Shown here: positions 29,393 to 39,629 of the stretch, in pieces
Numbering within the stretch: the first letter of the stretch is position 1
Layout: each line of letters starts with the position of its first letter
Position numbers and translations under genes: made by a program
Assembly: GCA_965215185.1 (NCBI GenBank)
Contig: OZ244034.1
Coordinates: 2,656,001-2,720,000, forward strand
Reading direction: 5' to 3'
DNA from: Acidimicrobiia bacterium
GTDB lineage: Bacteria; Actinomycetota; Acidimicrobiia; Spongiisociales; ZC4RG35
Length of the DNA stretch: 64,000 nucleotides
The notes under the pieces: model-generated
The model's input: only the letters and a program-made list of their open reading frames with translations
Database searches by the model: none
Told to the model about the DNA's origin: nothing

Positions 29393-30411
29393 GTCGATGA
29401 ACCCGGTATCTCCCCAAACAGCCTCTCGTAAGCAGAGATCGCGGCCCGGTCGGTGAAACCCGCCACGTAGTCGACGGCCCTCACCTGGGGAGGGTCATTC
29501 TCCAGCCCGAACCCGTCTGGGAGATCCTGGGGGTACTGGATGTAATGCTCCACCAGTCGGGTGATGACTCCGATAGCCCAATTGTGCTCGCGCCGGCGGT
29601 CGGGGCTTTCGTACACCCTTTCGAACATCATCGTCCGGAAATCGGTCATAACCGAAAGGGCCCCCGGATCCATGCAGATGGCCCCGGTCCGAGCGGATTC
29701 GTTGATAACGGCGCGGGACATGGAGGATGTCCATTGGCCGGGTTCCCCGAATCTTTGAATCATGTCGGACGGGATGTCCTGTGGTGACAGGGCTTGGTGG
29801 CGAAATGCGTCGTCCAGATCGTGGGTTAGGTAGGCGATACGGTCCGCGAATCGACACAGCATTCCCTCGGGAGTGGCGGGAGCAGGTTTGACCCGCCAGG
29901 TGTGCGCCCGGATCCCGTCCAAGGTTTCGAAGGTGAGGTTGAGGGGCTCCAACAGGTTGAGCAGCCGGATGCCGTGGGCGGCGTGGTGCCAATCGCCCTC
30001 TTCCACGTAGGGAGAGAGGGCCTCTTCGCCGACATGCCCGAAAGGCGAATGGCCGATGTCGTGTCCCAGGCATATTGCCTCGGTGAGGCCCTCGTTCAAG
30101 CCCAACGCCACCGCCAGGAATCTTCCGATCTGGGCGACATGGATGGTGTGGGTGAGGCGGGTGATCACATGGTCACCGGGTGGGTCGGGGAACACCTGGG
30201 TCTTGTTGCGCAGACGGCGGAAGGCTTTGGAGAACAGCAATCGGTCCCGGTCGACCTGGAAGGAAGTCAATAGGTCGTCGGGCGGCTCGGGTATAGACCT
30301 TCCTCGGGAGTCGGCCGAGCGAGTGGCCAAGGGGGAGAGCGAGGTCTCGGCTAACTGGCGGCGGCGGCGGTCCCGGATACGAAGAGGTGACTCGGCCGAT
30401 CGGGCTGTCAC
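29389..30411 (-). CDS. dGTP triphosphohydrolase-like HD protein
   Basis: FRRLRNKTQVF, TRLTH, GHDIGHSPFGH.GE, ADRIAY..HD..D, DYVAGFTD; GTG start with GGGAGG RBS. Confidence 0.9.
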   Translation of the reverse strand: MTARSAESPLRIRDRRRRQLAETSLSPLATRSADSRGRSIPEPPDDLLTSFQVDRDRLLFSKAFRRLRNKTQVFPDPPGDHVITRLTHTIHVAQIGRFLAVALGLNEGLTEAICLGHDIGHSPFGHVGEEALSPYVEEGDWHHAAHGIRLLNLLEPLNLTFETLDGIRAHTWRVKPAPATPEGMLCRFADRIAYLTHDLDDAFRHQALSPQDIPSDMIQRFGEPGQWTSSMSRAVINESARTGAICMDPGALSVMTDFRTMMFERVYESPDRRREHNWAIGVITRLVEHYIQYPQDLPDGFGLENDPPQVRAVDYVAGFTDRAAISAYERLFGEIPGSST

Positions 30412-30505
30412 GCATTGTCCTCCCGTTGCGGTCGCCTTCGAAAGTAGCTTTTCAGTGCGGTCTTCGGGCATGATGTTCTGTGGTCGAATATACCATTCGT
30501 AGGAT

Positions 30506-32383
30506 ATGGAGTACCGGGCGCTATATCGCAAATACCGGCCACAAGTCTTTGGGGAGGTGATCGGCCAGGAACATGTGACCAAAACCTTGGTTCGGGAGGC
30601 GCGAGAAAGACGGGTGGCCCACGCCTATCTGTTCGCCGGACCGCGAGGAACCGGAAAGACCTCCACGGCCCGGATTCTGGCCAAGGCCATCAACTGCGAA
30701 GATCCGCGTCCCGATGGTGAGCCCTGTGACGAATGCGCCACCTGCCAGGCTATATCCGCCGGCAGTTCGCTGGATGTCCAGGAGTTGGACGCCGCCTCGC
30801 ACAACTCGGTGGAGAACATCCGGGAAATCCGGGTGCAGGTGACCATGGTGGCGGCTGGTCCATCCGCCCATCGGGTCTTCATCCTCGATGAGGCGCACAT
30901 GCTGTCCACCGCCGCCTGCAACGCGCTGCTGAAGACCCTGGAGGAACCGCCGCCCAATGTCCATTTCATCCTGGCCACCACCGAGCCCTACAAGCTGCTG
31001 GACACCATTCGATCCCGAAGCCAGCGCTTCGACTTTCATCCCGTACCGGCGGAGACCCTCACCCGCCATCTGCGTTGGGTGTCCGAACAGGAAGGCTACG
31101 AAGTAGGCGATGGTGGTTTGGAGATGGTCGCTCGCCACGCGCAGGGAAGCGTTCGCGACTCGCTGAGCCTCTTGGAGCAGGTGGCCGCTCTGGGTGATGG
31201 GCGAGTGAATCCGGAAGGGGTAGAGCGGGCGCTGGGAGTGGCGGATCGAGCTTCTATGATGGTCCTGGCCAAGGCGGTGGCCGATCGGGACGCTCCGGCG
31301 GTACTGTCGCTGGTGGGCCGTCTGGATCGTCTGGGGGTAAACCTGCGATCCTTTATTTCCGAGGCGATCGGGTTCTTCCGAGGGGTGTATTTGGCGCATC
31401 ACCTTTCCGATCCTCGTGCAGTTTCCGATGAACCCTCCGAAACGGTAGAAGATTGGACGCAGACGGCTAAAACCCTGTCCGTCTCCGATGTAAATCGGGT
31501 TATCGATCAGCTAGGGGAGGCGCTGATCAAAATACGGGAAGGCCGGGAGGAGCGCCTCATGCTGGAAATGGCGCTCTTGTGGATCGTCCGTCCTGAAACC
31601 TCCATCCATCCTGCCGCCCTGCTCAGAAGGATCGAGGCACTGGAAGCCCGGATGACGGAGGCTCGCGTTCCGGTTCCGGGGGTCATATCCACCGCTGGTT
31701 CAACCGCGGCGGCTGTCCCGGCCGCCTCACCTCCACATCCCTCCAAGGCTGATGTTTCGTCTGCGTCGGCCTCTCGACCCACTACCAAGCCAAAAGAGTC
31801 CCCCGCTCCGGCTGAAAGGCCCCCGGCAGAAGCCTCTGACTCGCCGCCCCTTACCGGTCCTCTCACCTACCAACAGGTGCTGGGCATGTGGGCCGAGATC
31901 GTAGGGGGTTTCAACCGGATGGATAACGCACTCCTACGTCAGACCAGACCGGTCGCCTTGGAGGGAAACCGTCTGATGATCGATTGTGGCAGTTCTTTCC
32001 GCGGTGATCGTTTGAAAGAAAGAAACCTGGGTACCCGGATCAATGAGGAGATCCTAAAGCGCACCGACCAGAAGATAAAGGTTGAATTCGTCATCCTGGC
32101 TGTTGATGGCGCCTCCTCCCTCACTCCGCCCCCACCCCCGTCTGCGGACCCCCCGCAGCCCGCACCGCCGCGTCCGGATCCCGGAGCTCAGGAAGCGGAA
32201 GAAGAACGGCCGTTTTCGCCCCCCGATGCGACACTTGAAATCGAGAAGATCCAAGCGCCTAAGCCCGACGAGGAGGATGGAGATGGTGGCGGCCAACCGG
32301 AAGCCGACCTGAAAGCCTTTTTTGAAGCCGCGGAGATATCAGTAACCGAAGTAAAGCACCCTTCAGGTCCCAGTCTCTTCTAG
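30506..32383 (+). CDS. dnaX: DNA polymerase III subunit gamma/tau
   Basis: YRALYRKYRP, GPRGTGKTS, zinc Cys cluster, DEAHML, LKTLEEPP, Pro-rich linker. Confidence 0.96.
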   Translation: MEYRALYRKYRPQVFGEVIGQEHVTKTLVREARERRVAHAYLFAGPRGTGKTSTARILAKAINCEDPRPDGEPCDECATCQAISAGSSLDVQELDAASHNSVENIREIRVQVTMVAAGPSAHRVFILDEAHMLSTAACNALLKTLEEPPPNVHFILATTEPYKLLDTIRSRSQRFDFHPVPAETLTRHLRWVSEQEGYEVGDGGLEMVARHAQGSVRDSLSLLEQVAALGDGRVNPEGVERALGVADRASMMVLAKAVADRDAPAVLSLVGRLDRLGVNLRSFISEAIGFFRGVYLAHHLSDPRAVSDEPSETVEDWTQTAKTLSVSDVNRVIDQLGEALIKIREGREERLMLEMALLWIVRPETSIHPAALLRRIEALEARMTEARVPVPGVISTAGSTAAAVPAASPPHPSKADVSSASASRPTTKPKESPAPAERPPAEASDSPPLTGPLTYQQVLGMWAEIVGGFNRMDNALLRQTRPVALEGNRLMIDCGSSFRGDRLKERNLGTRINEEILKRTDQKIKVEFVILAVDGASSLTPPPPPSADPPQPAPPRPDPGAQEAEEERPFSPPDATLEIEKIQAPKPDEEDGDGGGQPEADLKAFFEAAEISVTEVKHPSGPSLF

Positions 32384-32671
32384 GAGCCGCTAACAGGCAG
32401 GTCTGAGCTGTCCACTATGGTGTCGGGACTTGCCTTCCCAGGTTCGTCGGACCGGCCAGGTGCGCCCCCTGGGATGGCGGAGGGGATGATCGTTAAGCGA
32501 TGTCCTCGTCGATTGTCTTCATTACTTCTTCTGCGACAAATCGTCTCTGTCGCCGCCTCCCAGGTTCCATTTCAGTCAGTATCCCTAACTCCTCCAGTAA
32601 ACATCGGCATCAGAGACTCGCTCGATAGATTCCCGCAGGTTGTCTCATCCGGCCAATACCCTCAGGTAGAT

Positions 32672-33268
32672 ATGAAATTCGAGGCGCCCGTCCAGAAGGT
32701 GATTGATGAGTTCGCCAGGTTGCCGGGGATCGGGGCCAAAACCGCCCAGCGGCTGGCTTTTCATCTTATGTCGCTTCCCAGAGAGACCGCTGAACGCCTG
32801 GGAGAGGCGATTCTTGAGATGACTGAGCGGGTCGGGCGCTGCGTTCGGTGTTTTAACCTCACCTCCGAGGAGTGGTGCGCTATCTGCCGGGACACGCGGC
32901 GGGACCAAACTCTGATATGTGTGGTGGAAAGGCCCCAGGACATCTCGGTGATTGAGCGCACCAACGAGTTTCGAGGGGTATATCACGTCTTGGGCGGCTC
33001 CCTGTCGCCCCTGCGGGGGATAGGTCCGGAACAGCTTCGCATCCCCGAGTTGGAGAAGCGGATGCAGACAGAGGGGGTCGTCGAGTTGGTGATGGCCACC
33101 AATCCGACACTTGAAGGGGACGCCACGGCTCTGTATCTGGCGCGTCTTTTCCAGTCGGTGAACGTGCGAATCACTCGGTTGGCCTCGGGACTCCCGGTGG
33201 GTGGGGACCTCGACTACGCCGACGCAATAACCCTGGGGCGGGCCTTGGCCGGTCGCCTGCAGATGTAG
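32672..33268 (+). CDS. recR: Recombination mediator RecR
   Basis: LPGIGAKTAQRLA, C4 zinc finger, YHVLGG, TNPTLEGDATA, LDYAD. Confidence 0.96.
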   Translation: MKFEAPVQKVIDEFARLPGIGAKTAQRLAFHLMSLPRETAERLGEAILEMTERVGRCVRCFNLTSEEWCAICRDTRRDQTLICVVERPQDISVIERTNEFRGVYHVLGGSLSPLRGIGPEQLRIPELEKRMQTEGVVELVMATNPTLEGDATALYLARLFQSVNVRITRLASGLPVGGDLDYADAITLGRALAGRLQM

Positions 33269-33306
33269 GCACCACGGGACAACCCGCTCAGCTTAGAGAA
33301 CCCTCG

Positions 33307-34614
33307 TTAGCCGAGGCGGGCAGCCATCATGCGCCGCAGTTGGGCTGCCAAAAGGGAAGAGTCGGCGGTTTGAAGGTCGCCGTCGCGCACCACCACCTGT
33401 CCGGCCACCACCACATGCCGCGGGCGACGACCCGGGTTGGCCCATAAGAGCCCGGTCAGCGGGTCGCTCACTCCGGCGTCTTCCGGCCCGGTGATGTCGT
33501 AACAAACCAAATCGGCGGCGGCGCCGGGTTCCAGAGTTCCGAGTTCGGCCCTTCCCAGACCCAGCGCCGAACCCGCGGTGGCTAGTCCCAGCACCTCGAC
33601 AGCGGTGGGCGACCTGTCCGTCAGTCCTCCCACCTGCAGTGCGAACCTGGCGTCCGCCAACAGGTTCCCGGCGTCGTTGTAGCCCCCGCCACTGGTGCCT
33701 AGGCCCACTGTGATCTCCGCGTCGATCAGTGCGCCCACCTCGCAGATACCCAGGCCCATCGGCACATCGAACCCGGGAGCGTGAGTGGCCGATGCTCCCG
33801 ACTCGGCCAGGCGGGTCCGCTCCGGTCCGGTGATCCCGCACAGGTGAGCGATGGTGACGTCGGACTCCAGCCAACCCCATTCCTCCAAGAGGTCCAGGGG
33901 ACGACGGCCATATAGGGCTGCGGCCCGCTCGACATCCACCACCTCGTTGGCTTGGGTCCGGCGACGAAGACCCCACTGGCGGGAGGCTTCCGCAAAGACT
34001 GCGAAGGTCTCCGGACCATCGGAGTGCACCCCGGCCGGCCCGCAAGCCATCTGAAGCATCCCGTCGGAGCTCAGCGTCGGGAAGCGACCCATCACAGCTT
34101 CTAGTCCGGCTGCCACATCTTGGGGAGAGTCACCTGCCGAGCCATAGCCGAAAACCAACCTGGCCCCCAGTCGGGAGGCGGTACCCACCGTGGCTTCCAC
34201 CATCTGAAGCGGCGTGACACTGCTCGGCCAGGTGAAGTGATGGTCGGCGACGGTGGTGACCCCTGCCAGCAACCCTTCCGCCATACCCACCGCCGCGGCG
34301 GCAGCAGCCAGGTCGGGATCCACCGCCGCTCGACGATAGTAGCCGGCCATGGCAGCCAGCCAGTCTCCCATCGACAGGTGACGGGTGCCCGGCAGAGTGC
34401 GGAAAGCGGATTGCAGGAGATGATGGTGGGCATTGACCAGCCCAGGTATCATCACACATCCGGAGGCGTCTAGGGATTCGGCTCCTTCTTGGCTAGCAGG
34501 GGGAATCGGGTCGGTTGTCACCTCCCTTACTCGACCTGTGTCACAGACCACGGAAGCACCCGAAATCCTTCTGGAACCGGTCCAAACCAGGTCAGCGCCT
34601 GTGACGATGAGCAT
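33307..34614 (-). CDS. Amidohydrolase (8-oxoguanine deaminase/AtzB-like) with atypical metal site
   Basis: PGLVNAHHHL.Q, GVTTVADH, G.LEPG.AADL; TQANE and LGTSG replace THxxE and LGxDG. Confidence 0.85.
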   Translation of the reverse strand: MLIVTGADLVWTGSRRISGASVVCDTGRVREVTTDPIPPASQEGAESLDASGCVMIPGLVNAHHHLLQSAFRTLPGTRHLSMGDWLAAMAGYYRRAAVDPDLAAAAAAVGMAEGLLAGVTTVADHHFTWPSSVTPLQMVEATVGTASRLGARLVFGYGSAGDSPQDVAAGLEAVMGRFPTLSSDGMLQMACGPAGVHSDGPETFAVFAEASRQWGLRRRTQANEVVDVERAAALYGRRPLDLLEEWGWLESDVTIAHLCGITGPERTRLAESGASATHAPGFDVPMGLGICEVGALIDAEITVGLGTSGGGYNDAGNLLADARFALQVGGLTDRSPTAVEVLGLATAGSALGLGRAELGTLEPGAAADLVCYDITGPEDAGVSDPLTGLLWANPGRRPRHVVVAGQVVVRDGDLQTADSSLLAAQLRRMMAARLG

Positions 34615-34649
34615 CAACACGATGGTAAGCCTGGCCTACCATATTTCCA

Positions 34650-35453
34650 ATGGCCGCCCTCTCCTCCCGCCGACTGGAAGAAATGACCCTTCCGCAGGTA
34701 AAGAAGATGATCGGCCCACCCTCGATCCTCATGTTGCCTATCGGATCGGTGGAACAGCACGGCCCTCATCTTCCTCTCACAACGGATCATTTGATCGCCT
34801 CGGAGGCAGCCAAGGCGGTGGCCCTCCGCGGTGGCGAAGAGTTGGATCTCTGGCTTTTGCCCACCCTGGCGGTGTCCAAGGCGAACGAGCACGCCTGGGC
34901 GCCGGGGACCCTCTGGCTTCAAGCGGCCACTCTCCTTTCTGTGGTGAATGACATCGCTTCCTCGGCGGCGACCACCGGCGCTCGACGGCTGGTGTTCCTC
35001 AACTCCCACGGTGGAAACACCGCCCTGCTAGTGGTGGCTTGCCGAGAGGTGCGACTTTCGCAGGGCTTGCAGACATTCTTGCTCCATCCCTTCCTTCCTC
35101 CTGATCACGGTGGGAGGTCCTCGACCGCCCCGGCGGGGGAGTTGGGTATGGGAATCCACGGAGGCCATGACGAGACTTCCATGATGCTGTATCTGCGCCC
35201 GGATCTGGTAAATATGAGGCTGGCTACGCGGAGGGTGCCGGATCGACTGGCTGACAATCGACATGTGCGCTTCGGTGGACCGGTGCCCTTCGGTTGGACT
35301 TCCGATGATTTCGGTCCGGACGGTCACATCGGCGATCCCACCGGTGCCACCGCCGAGCAGGGGCGAGAGTTATTCGATGCAGCCGTAGAGATGTTGTGCG
35401 AACAATTGGCCGAGATAGCTCAGTTCGATTTCGGTGTCGGCTCGGCGGGTTAG
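34650..35453 (+). CDS. Creatininase family protein
   Basis: GSVEQHGPHLPLTTD, NSHGGN, HGGHDETS, GDPTGATAEQG. Confidence 0.9.
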   Translation: MAALSSRRLEEMTLPQVKKMIGPPSILMLPIGSVEQHGPHLPLTTDHLIASEAAKAVALRGGEELDLWLLPTLAVSKANEHAWAPGTLWLQAATLLSVVNDIASSAATTGARRLVFLNSHGGNTALLVVACREVRLSQGLQTFLLHPFLPPDHGGRSSTAPAGELGMGIHGGHDETSMMLYLRPDLVNMRLATRRVPDRLADNRHVRFGGPVPFGWTSDDFGPDGHIGDPTGATAEQGRELFDAAVEMLCEQLAEIAQFDFGVGSAG

Positions 35454-35762
35454 GCAACCAGGACACGTTTCGGCCCAGAAGACTGGGCCAAGCACTGGTA
35501 GCCGGCTGTTCGCCCTGGTCAGAGCCATGTTTCCGAGCAAGGAAGCCACAGCCGACCTGACCGTTTTGCTACGGGGCTATCCAGTATTCGGGGTTCATCT
35601 TGCCAAGCCAAACACTTGCAGGGTCTTTGGGATCGGAAATGCTTTGTTTTCGAATCGCGGCGGTGTAGTTTTCGGTAGAGAAGCGGGCGGATCTGGCGGC
35701 GCTTGCGTTGGAGGTTCAACGCCCAAGAAATGAATAACATCCTTGTTTCAAAGGACCCTGCA

Positions 35763-38700
35763 ATGAGCGCGGGGTCTGGGAGAGGCCGCCACCGTGTGGC
35801 GGTTATTGCTTTCGCTATGGTGGTCTCGGCTATTGGTATCACCCTGAGCAGTGGTGGTGTAGCACTCGCCACTCCAAGTGTGGACTCGGTGACCGTTGTC
35901 CGGGAGAATCCGACAACGGCTGAAATTTCGGTAGCGATAGCTAACCCCGGTACGGAAGAGAACACTATCTATCTTCGGTACCGCGTCAAGTCGGACGACC
36001 AAAACAACCAGAACCCGTGGGTTCCAATCCAGATTGATGCCACCGGGTCTACGGCGGACCTCAAACTGACGGGGTTGACGGAAGGTACTACGTATGAAGC
36101 GCAGGCGTCTGTGGACAGTTCCAACTGGTCATCGCCCGAAAAAGAGTTCACTACCGTATCGCCCGAGATCAGCATAAAGCGACTAGCTGGCTCCTTCGTA
36201 GATGACACCTATGCCGGGTTTAGCTTCATTACGGTTGAGTGGAATTCGCCCTTAGCGGCCTCGAACAACAACGATGAGATAGCTAAGAACCTTTATGTGC
36301 GTTATTACGACGAACCAGCCTCATATTCAGACGATTGGGATTCCATCCCGGTAATCAGCAATAGTAAAGCCAAACCAGGTTTCAGACTGACCGGTTTGCA
36401 GCCGGACACGGGCTACCATGTTGAAGCTTCGCTTGATAGCGATTTCAATGACAAACACACCGTAACCATAGGGTTTAGAACCCGCGGTAGAGCGCATGTG
36501 TCCGATTTGGATGCCAGGGATATCACGAGAACCTCGGCAGAGGTTGACGTGGGTTTTACCAGTCTCCCATCCGGTATCAACCCGACGGTGTACTGGCGTT
36601 ACCGAGTAGTGGGAACGGATTGGCCTGTTCTCCCGGAAACAACCACGATGGACCGCAACGGCGACACCATCAGTCTGACCGGCCTGACTCCGAACACCAA
36701 ATATGAAGTCCAAGCTTCTTTGGAATACAACTTCAGTATTGCCGCCTCGGATATGTTTGTCACTACCTCACCTGGTGTGGATGCCATTGATGTGGTGGAC
36801 ATAAAACAAGTCAGCGCCAATGTCATTGTCACCATTGAAGACCCAAATGCGGAATATCAAGAGGTATATATCCGCTATGTCAGTTACCTAGAGTTGGGTC
36901 CGCAAAGGACTTATGGCAATTGGAGCGCGGCTACAAACGTTTCCATCACTACCGACCCTGACTCCCAAGCCAGGACCGCCTCGCTCCTGTTAGAAGAGCT
37001 TTCCTCTGATACGAAATATGTAGTGCAGGCTTCGCTTGTTCAACTGGACTCCTCGGAAGAGGGCACCAGTCCTGCGACGGACCCCCAGACAACCGGTAAA
37101 GAAACAGATCCCCAGGACGCCAACACTGTTATCAAGGATATCGAGATTTTCGAGACTCTGCGGCCCCAAGTCGTCGAACCTCTGGTCGTGAGCGATGTGG
37201 GGCAGACGGAAGCCACCGTCACCGCCACCATTGACCACCCGAATGGGCGCCCGCAGGCAGTGAATATGCGGTGGCGGTCTTTCGAGTTAGTGAATGGTGT
37301 CAGGAATTACGACAATTGGGTTTCGAAGCAAGCACCAAGCACCACCACAAATGCCGCTGAACTTACATTGACAGGCCTGCAGACCGGGACAGATTACCAG
37401 GTGCAAGCCTGGCTGGATGCCAGTCGTAAAGATACTGAAAGGCCGGTCAAGGACTTTAAAACCACTGATGTCACTGTCTCCGAAGTGAAGGTTGTTCCGG
37501 GTTCGGTGTCTGACATCGGCGCTCAATTGGAGATCGTGATCGTGCCGCATGGTGGCACCGCCTTGACGGCGCACCTGCAATACCAGGTTGACGGCACAAC
37601 CACATGGACGTCTGGTCAATGTGATACCACCAGCGCCGACCCGGACAGTTGTACGGTCACCCTAGAGAATCTCGCTGCGAGTACGGATTACAACGTGGAG
37701 GCGTCCTTGGATTCGACCTTCCCAGAAGATCCTCCCCAACCCGCCATACCGAAGACCAGGAGGACCCAGTTCACCACATTGTCGGGGGATCCGAGTGTCA
37801 CCGATCTGATTATTGCAAACGTCGAGCAGACCGAGGCCGACGTGACGGTCACGTTCGACAACCCTGATTCGACTGCGAAGGACGTTTATCTGCAATATCG
37901 GACGGCCGTCGAAAATGAGCCGGTTGGGAATTGGGAAAAGAAGGACAAACCCAGCACTCCCAGTGGAACAAGTGTGGATTTTGCCTTGGAGGGTCTCTAC
38001 TCTGGGACGACGTACGAAGTATGGGGTTCCCTTGACGGCGAATTCAACGAGTACAGAGCTAAGACCTTCGACACAGATCCTCCCAGCATTAAGGGAGTGA
38101 CCATCGTAAACAAATCGTCGAACGAAGCTACGGTGAGGGTGTTTATCCAGGAGCCGAATGGGCGGGATCAAACGATCTACTTGCAATACCGCACCTATGC
38201 AGATCAAGACCCGTGGCCAGATCCAGAGGACAGCAACACATTCTCTAGCACTGTAGACACTGCGGAATACATCATGCATGAACTCGACAAGGACACAGCA
38301 TATGAGGTGCGGTTGTCGTTGTACGGCGACTACCCCGATGATGGAAGAACCTGGACGGTAATTTTCACCACGACGGCAATAGTGCTCAGGGTAGACGACA
38401 TCACTCAGCACACCGCCTTGGTAAAGACCGAACTTACCGACCCGTCAACGGCGGACGACACAGTGTTTTTGCGCTACCGCACGGCGGATCCCTCCAATCC
38501 GGACTCTTGGATTGATGACTACGCGTTGGGTCCTGATTCCAACAGTCAGCCACAGAATCTGGGGACCACAAAGAGTGAGCAAGGAGGTTTAGGGACACCG
38601 AAGGGTTCGGAAGAAGATGACGGAGATATGGTTCGACAGGTTCTGCTAGAAGGTCTGGACGCCGGCACCACTTATGAAGTGGAGGCCTCTTTTGAGGACT

Positions 38701-39473
38701 TCGACTCAGCGAAGCGAGTTATCTTTCTGGATACATTCATCACCTTGCCTGCTACCCAGACTTCCAATCCGGGTGGAAGTGGCGGAGGTGGAGGTGGCTC
38801 TGGTGGCGGAGGTGGAGGAGGCTCTGGTGGCGGAGGTGGAGGAGGCTCTGGTGGCGGAGGTGGAGGAGGCTCTGGTGGCGGAGGTGGAGGTGGAAGGCCG
38901 CCTTTGCAGGTGGAGTACACCGATGTCCCGGATGGTCACACCCATAAGGAGGCGATCGATGCGATGGCCGCCGAAGGGATATTCGTGGGCACCGAGTGCA
39001 GGCCGGGGGAGTTCTGTCCGGAAAAGCCCATCCCCCGGTGGGTAATGGCGGTGTGGCTGGTGCGACTGGTCGATGGTAAGGAGCCTGAGCCCGAGACTGA
39101 GAGCAGCTTCGTCGATGTGAATCCAGGAAAGTGGTGGGCTGCTCATGTGGAGCGGCTGTGGGATCTTCGTATAACAATTGGTTGCTGGGACGAACCCGGT
39201 GACTTCAGATACTGTCCCGAGGCTTCCACCACCCGTGCCCAGATGGCCAGTTTCCTGGTGCGAATGTACAAGTTTGCCCCCGCCGTGTCGGCTGGGTTTG
39301 TGGACACGGATCACACCAGTCACCGCTTCGACATCGATGCCCTATACGCGGTGGGAGTGACCAAGGGTTGCTTTGTCAATCCACTTCGGTACTGCCCCGA
39401 CGAACCCACATCCCGGGGAGAAATGGCTTCCTTTCTTTACCGTACCCGCCAACACTTGGGGACCACTTCCTGA
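35763..39473 (+). CDS. Secreted surface protein with ~9 fibronectin type III-like domains and three C-terminal SLH-like repeats
   Basis: Signal peptide ending VALA; nine L..L...T.Y.V.ASLD-type motifs; Gly linker; PRWVMAVWL, TRAQMASFL, SRGEMASFL. Confidence 0.88.
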   Translation: MSAGSGRGRHRVAVIAFAMVVSAIGITLSSGGVALATPSVDSVTVVRENPTTAEISVAIANPGTEENTIYLRYRVKSDDQNNQNPWVPIQIDATGSTADLKLTGLTEGTTYEAQASVDSSNWSSPEKEFTTVSPEISIKRLAGSFVDDTYAGFSFITVEWNSPLAASNNNDEIAKNLYVRYYDEPASYSDDWDSIPVISNSKAKPGFRLTGLQPDTGYHVEASLDSDFNDKHTVTIGFRTRGRAHVSDLDARDITRTSAEVDVGFTSLPSGINPTVYWRYRVVGTDWPVLPETTTMDRNGDTISLTGLTPNTKYEVQASLEYNFSIAASDMFVTTSPGVDAIDVVDIKQVSANVIVTIEDPNAEYQEVYIRYVSYLELGPQRTYGNWSAATNVSITTDPDSQARTASLLLEELSSDTKYVVQASLVQLDSSEEGTSPATDPQTTGKETDPQDANTVIKDIEIFETLRPQVVEPLVVSDVGQTEATVTATIDHPNGRPQAVNMRWRSFELVNGVRNYDNWVSKQAPSTTTNAAELTLTGLQTGTDYQVQAWLDASRKDTERPVKDFKTTDVTVSEVKVVPGSVSDIGAQLEIVIVPHGGTALTAHLQYQVDGTTTWTSGQCDTTSADPDSCTVTLENLAASTDYNVEASLDSTFPEDPPQPAIPKTRRTQFTTLSGDPSVTDLIIANVEQTEADVTVTFDNPDSTAKDVYLQYRTAVENEPVGNWEKKDKPSTPSGTSVDFALEGLYSGTTYEVWGSLDGEFNEYRAKTFDTDPPSIKGVTIVNKSSNEATVRVFIQEPNGRDQTIYLQYRTYADQDPWPDPEDSNTFSSTVDTAEYIMHELDKDTAYEVRLSLYGDYPDDGRTWTVIFTTTAIVLRVDDITQHTALVKTELTDPSTADDTVFLRYRTADPSNPDSWIDDYALGPDSNSQPQNLGTTKSEQGGLGTPKGSEEDDGDMVRQVLLEGLDAGTTYEVEASFEDFDSAKRVIFLDTFITLPATQTSNPGGSGGGGGGSGGGGGGGSGGGGGGGSGGGGGGGSGGGGGGGRPPLQVEYTDVPDGHTHKEAIDAMAAEGIFVGTECRPGEFCPEKPIPRWVMAVWLVRLVDGKEPEPETESSFVDVNPGKWWAAHVERLWDLRITIGCWDEPGDFRYCPEASTTRAQMASFLVRMYKFAPAVSAGFVDTDHTSHRFDIDALYAVGVTKGCFVNPLRYCPDEPTSRGEMASFLYRTRQHLGTTS
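38796..38891 (+). repeat. 24-bp tandem repeat x4 encoding GSGGGGGG linker
   Basis: (GGCTCTGGTGGCGGAGGTGGAGGA)x4, last copy differs at one base. Confidence 0.92.
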
Positions 39474-39629
39474 CATTGGCCTACCCGACTGCATGCGCAG
39501 GGAGACAAGCCGGATCAGGTCTGGGTTCAACTTCTAGCTTGGTGATGTCCGGGTAAGAACCGGTACTCCGAGAAGCTAAAATGTGACCACGACCGCCAAA
39601 CGGCGCTCTACGGGACGAGTTGAGGTCTT

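Noticed and set aside
30506-32383. Programmed frameshift in dnaX
   Set aside because: No A-AAA-AAG or long A/T slippery run seen after the gamma region.
32384-32671. SRP RNA (ffs) near dnaX/recR
   Set aside because: The conserved CAGG..GGAAG..AGCAG core was not found.
38796-38891. Tandem repeats as a CRISPR array
   Set aside because: No spacers, in frame within a gene, and no cas genes in the window.
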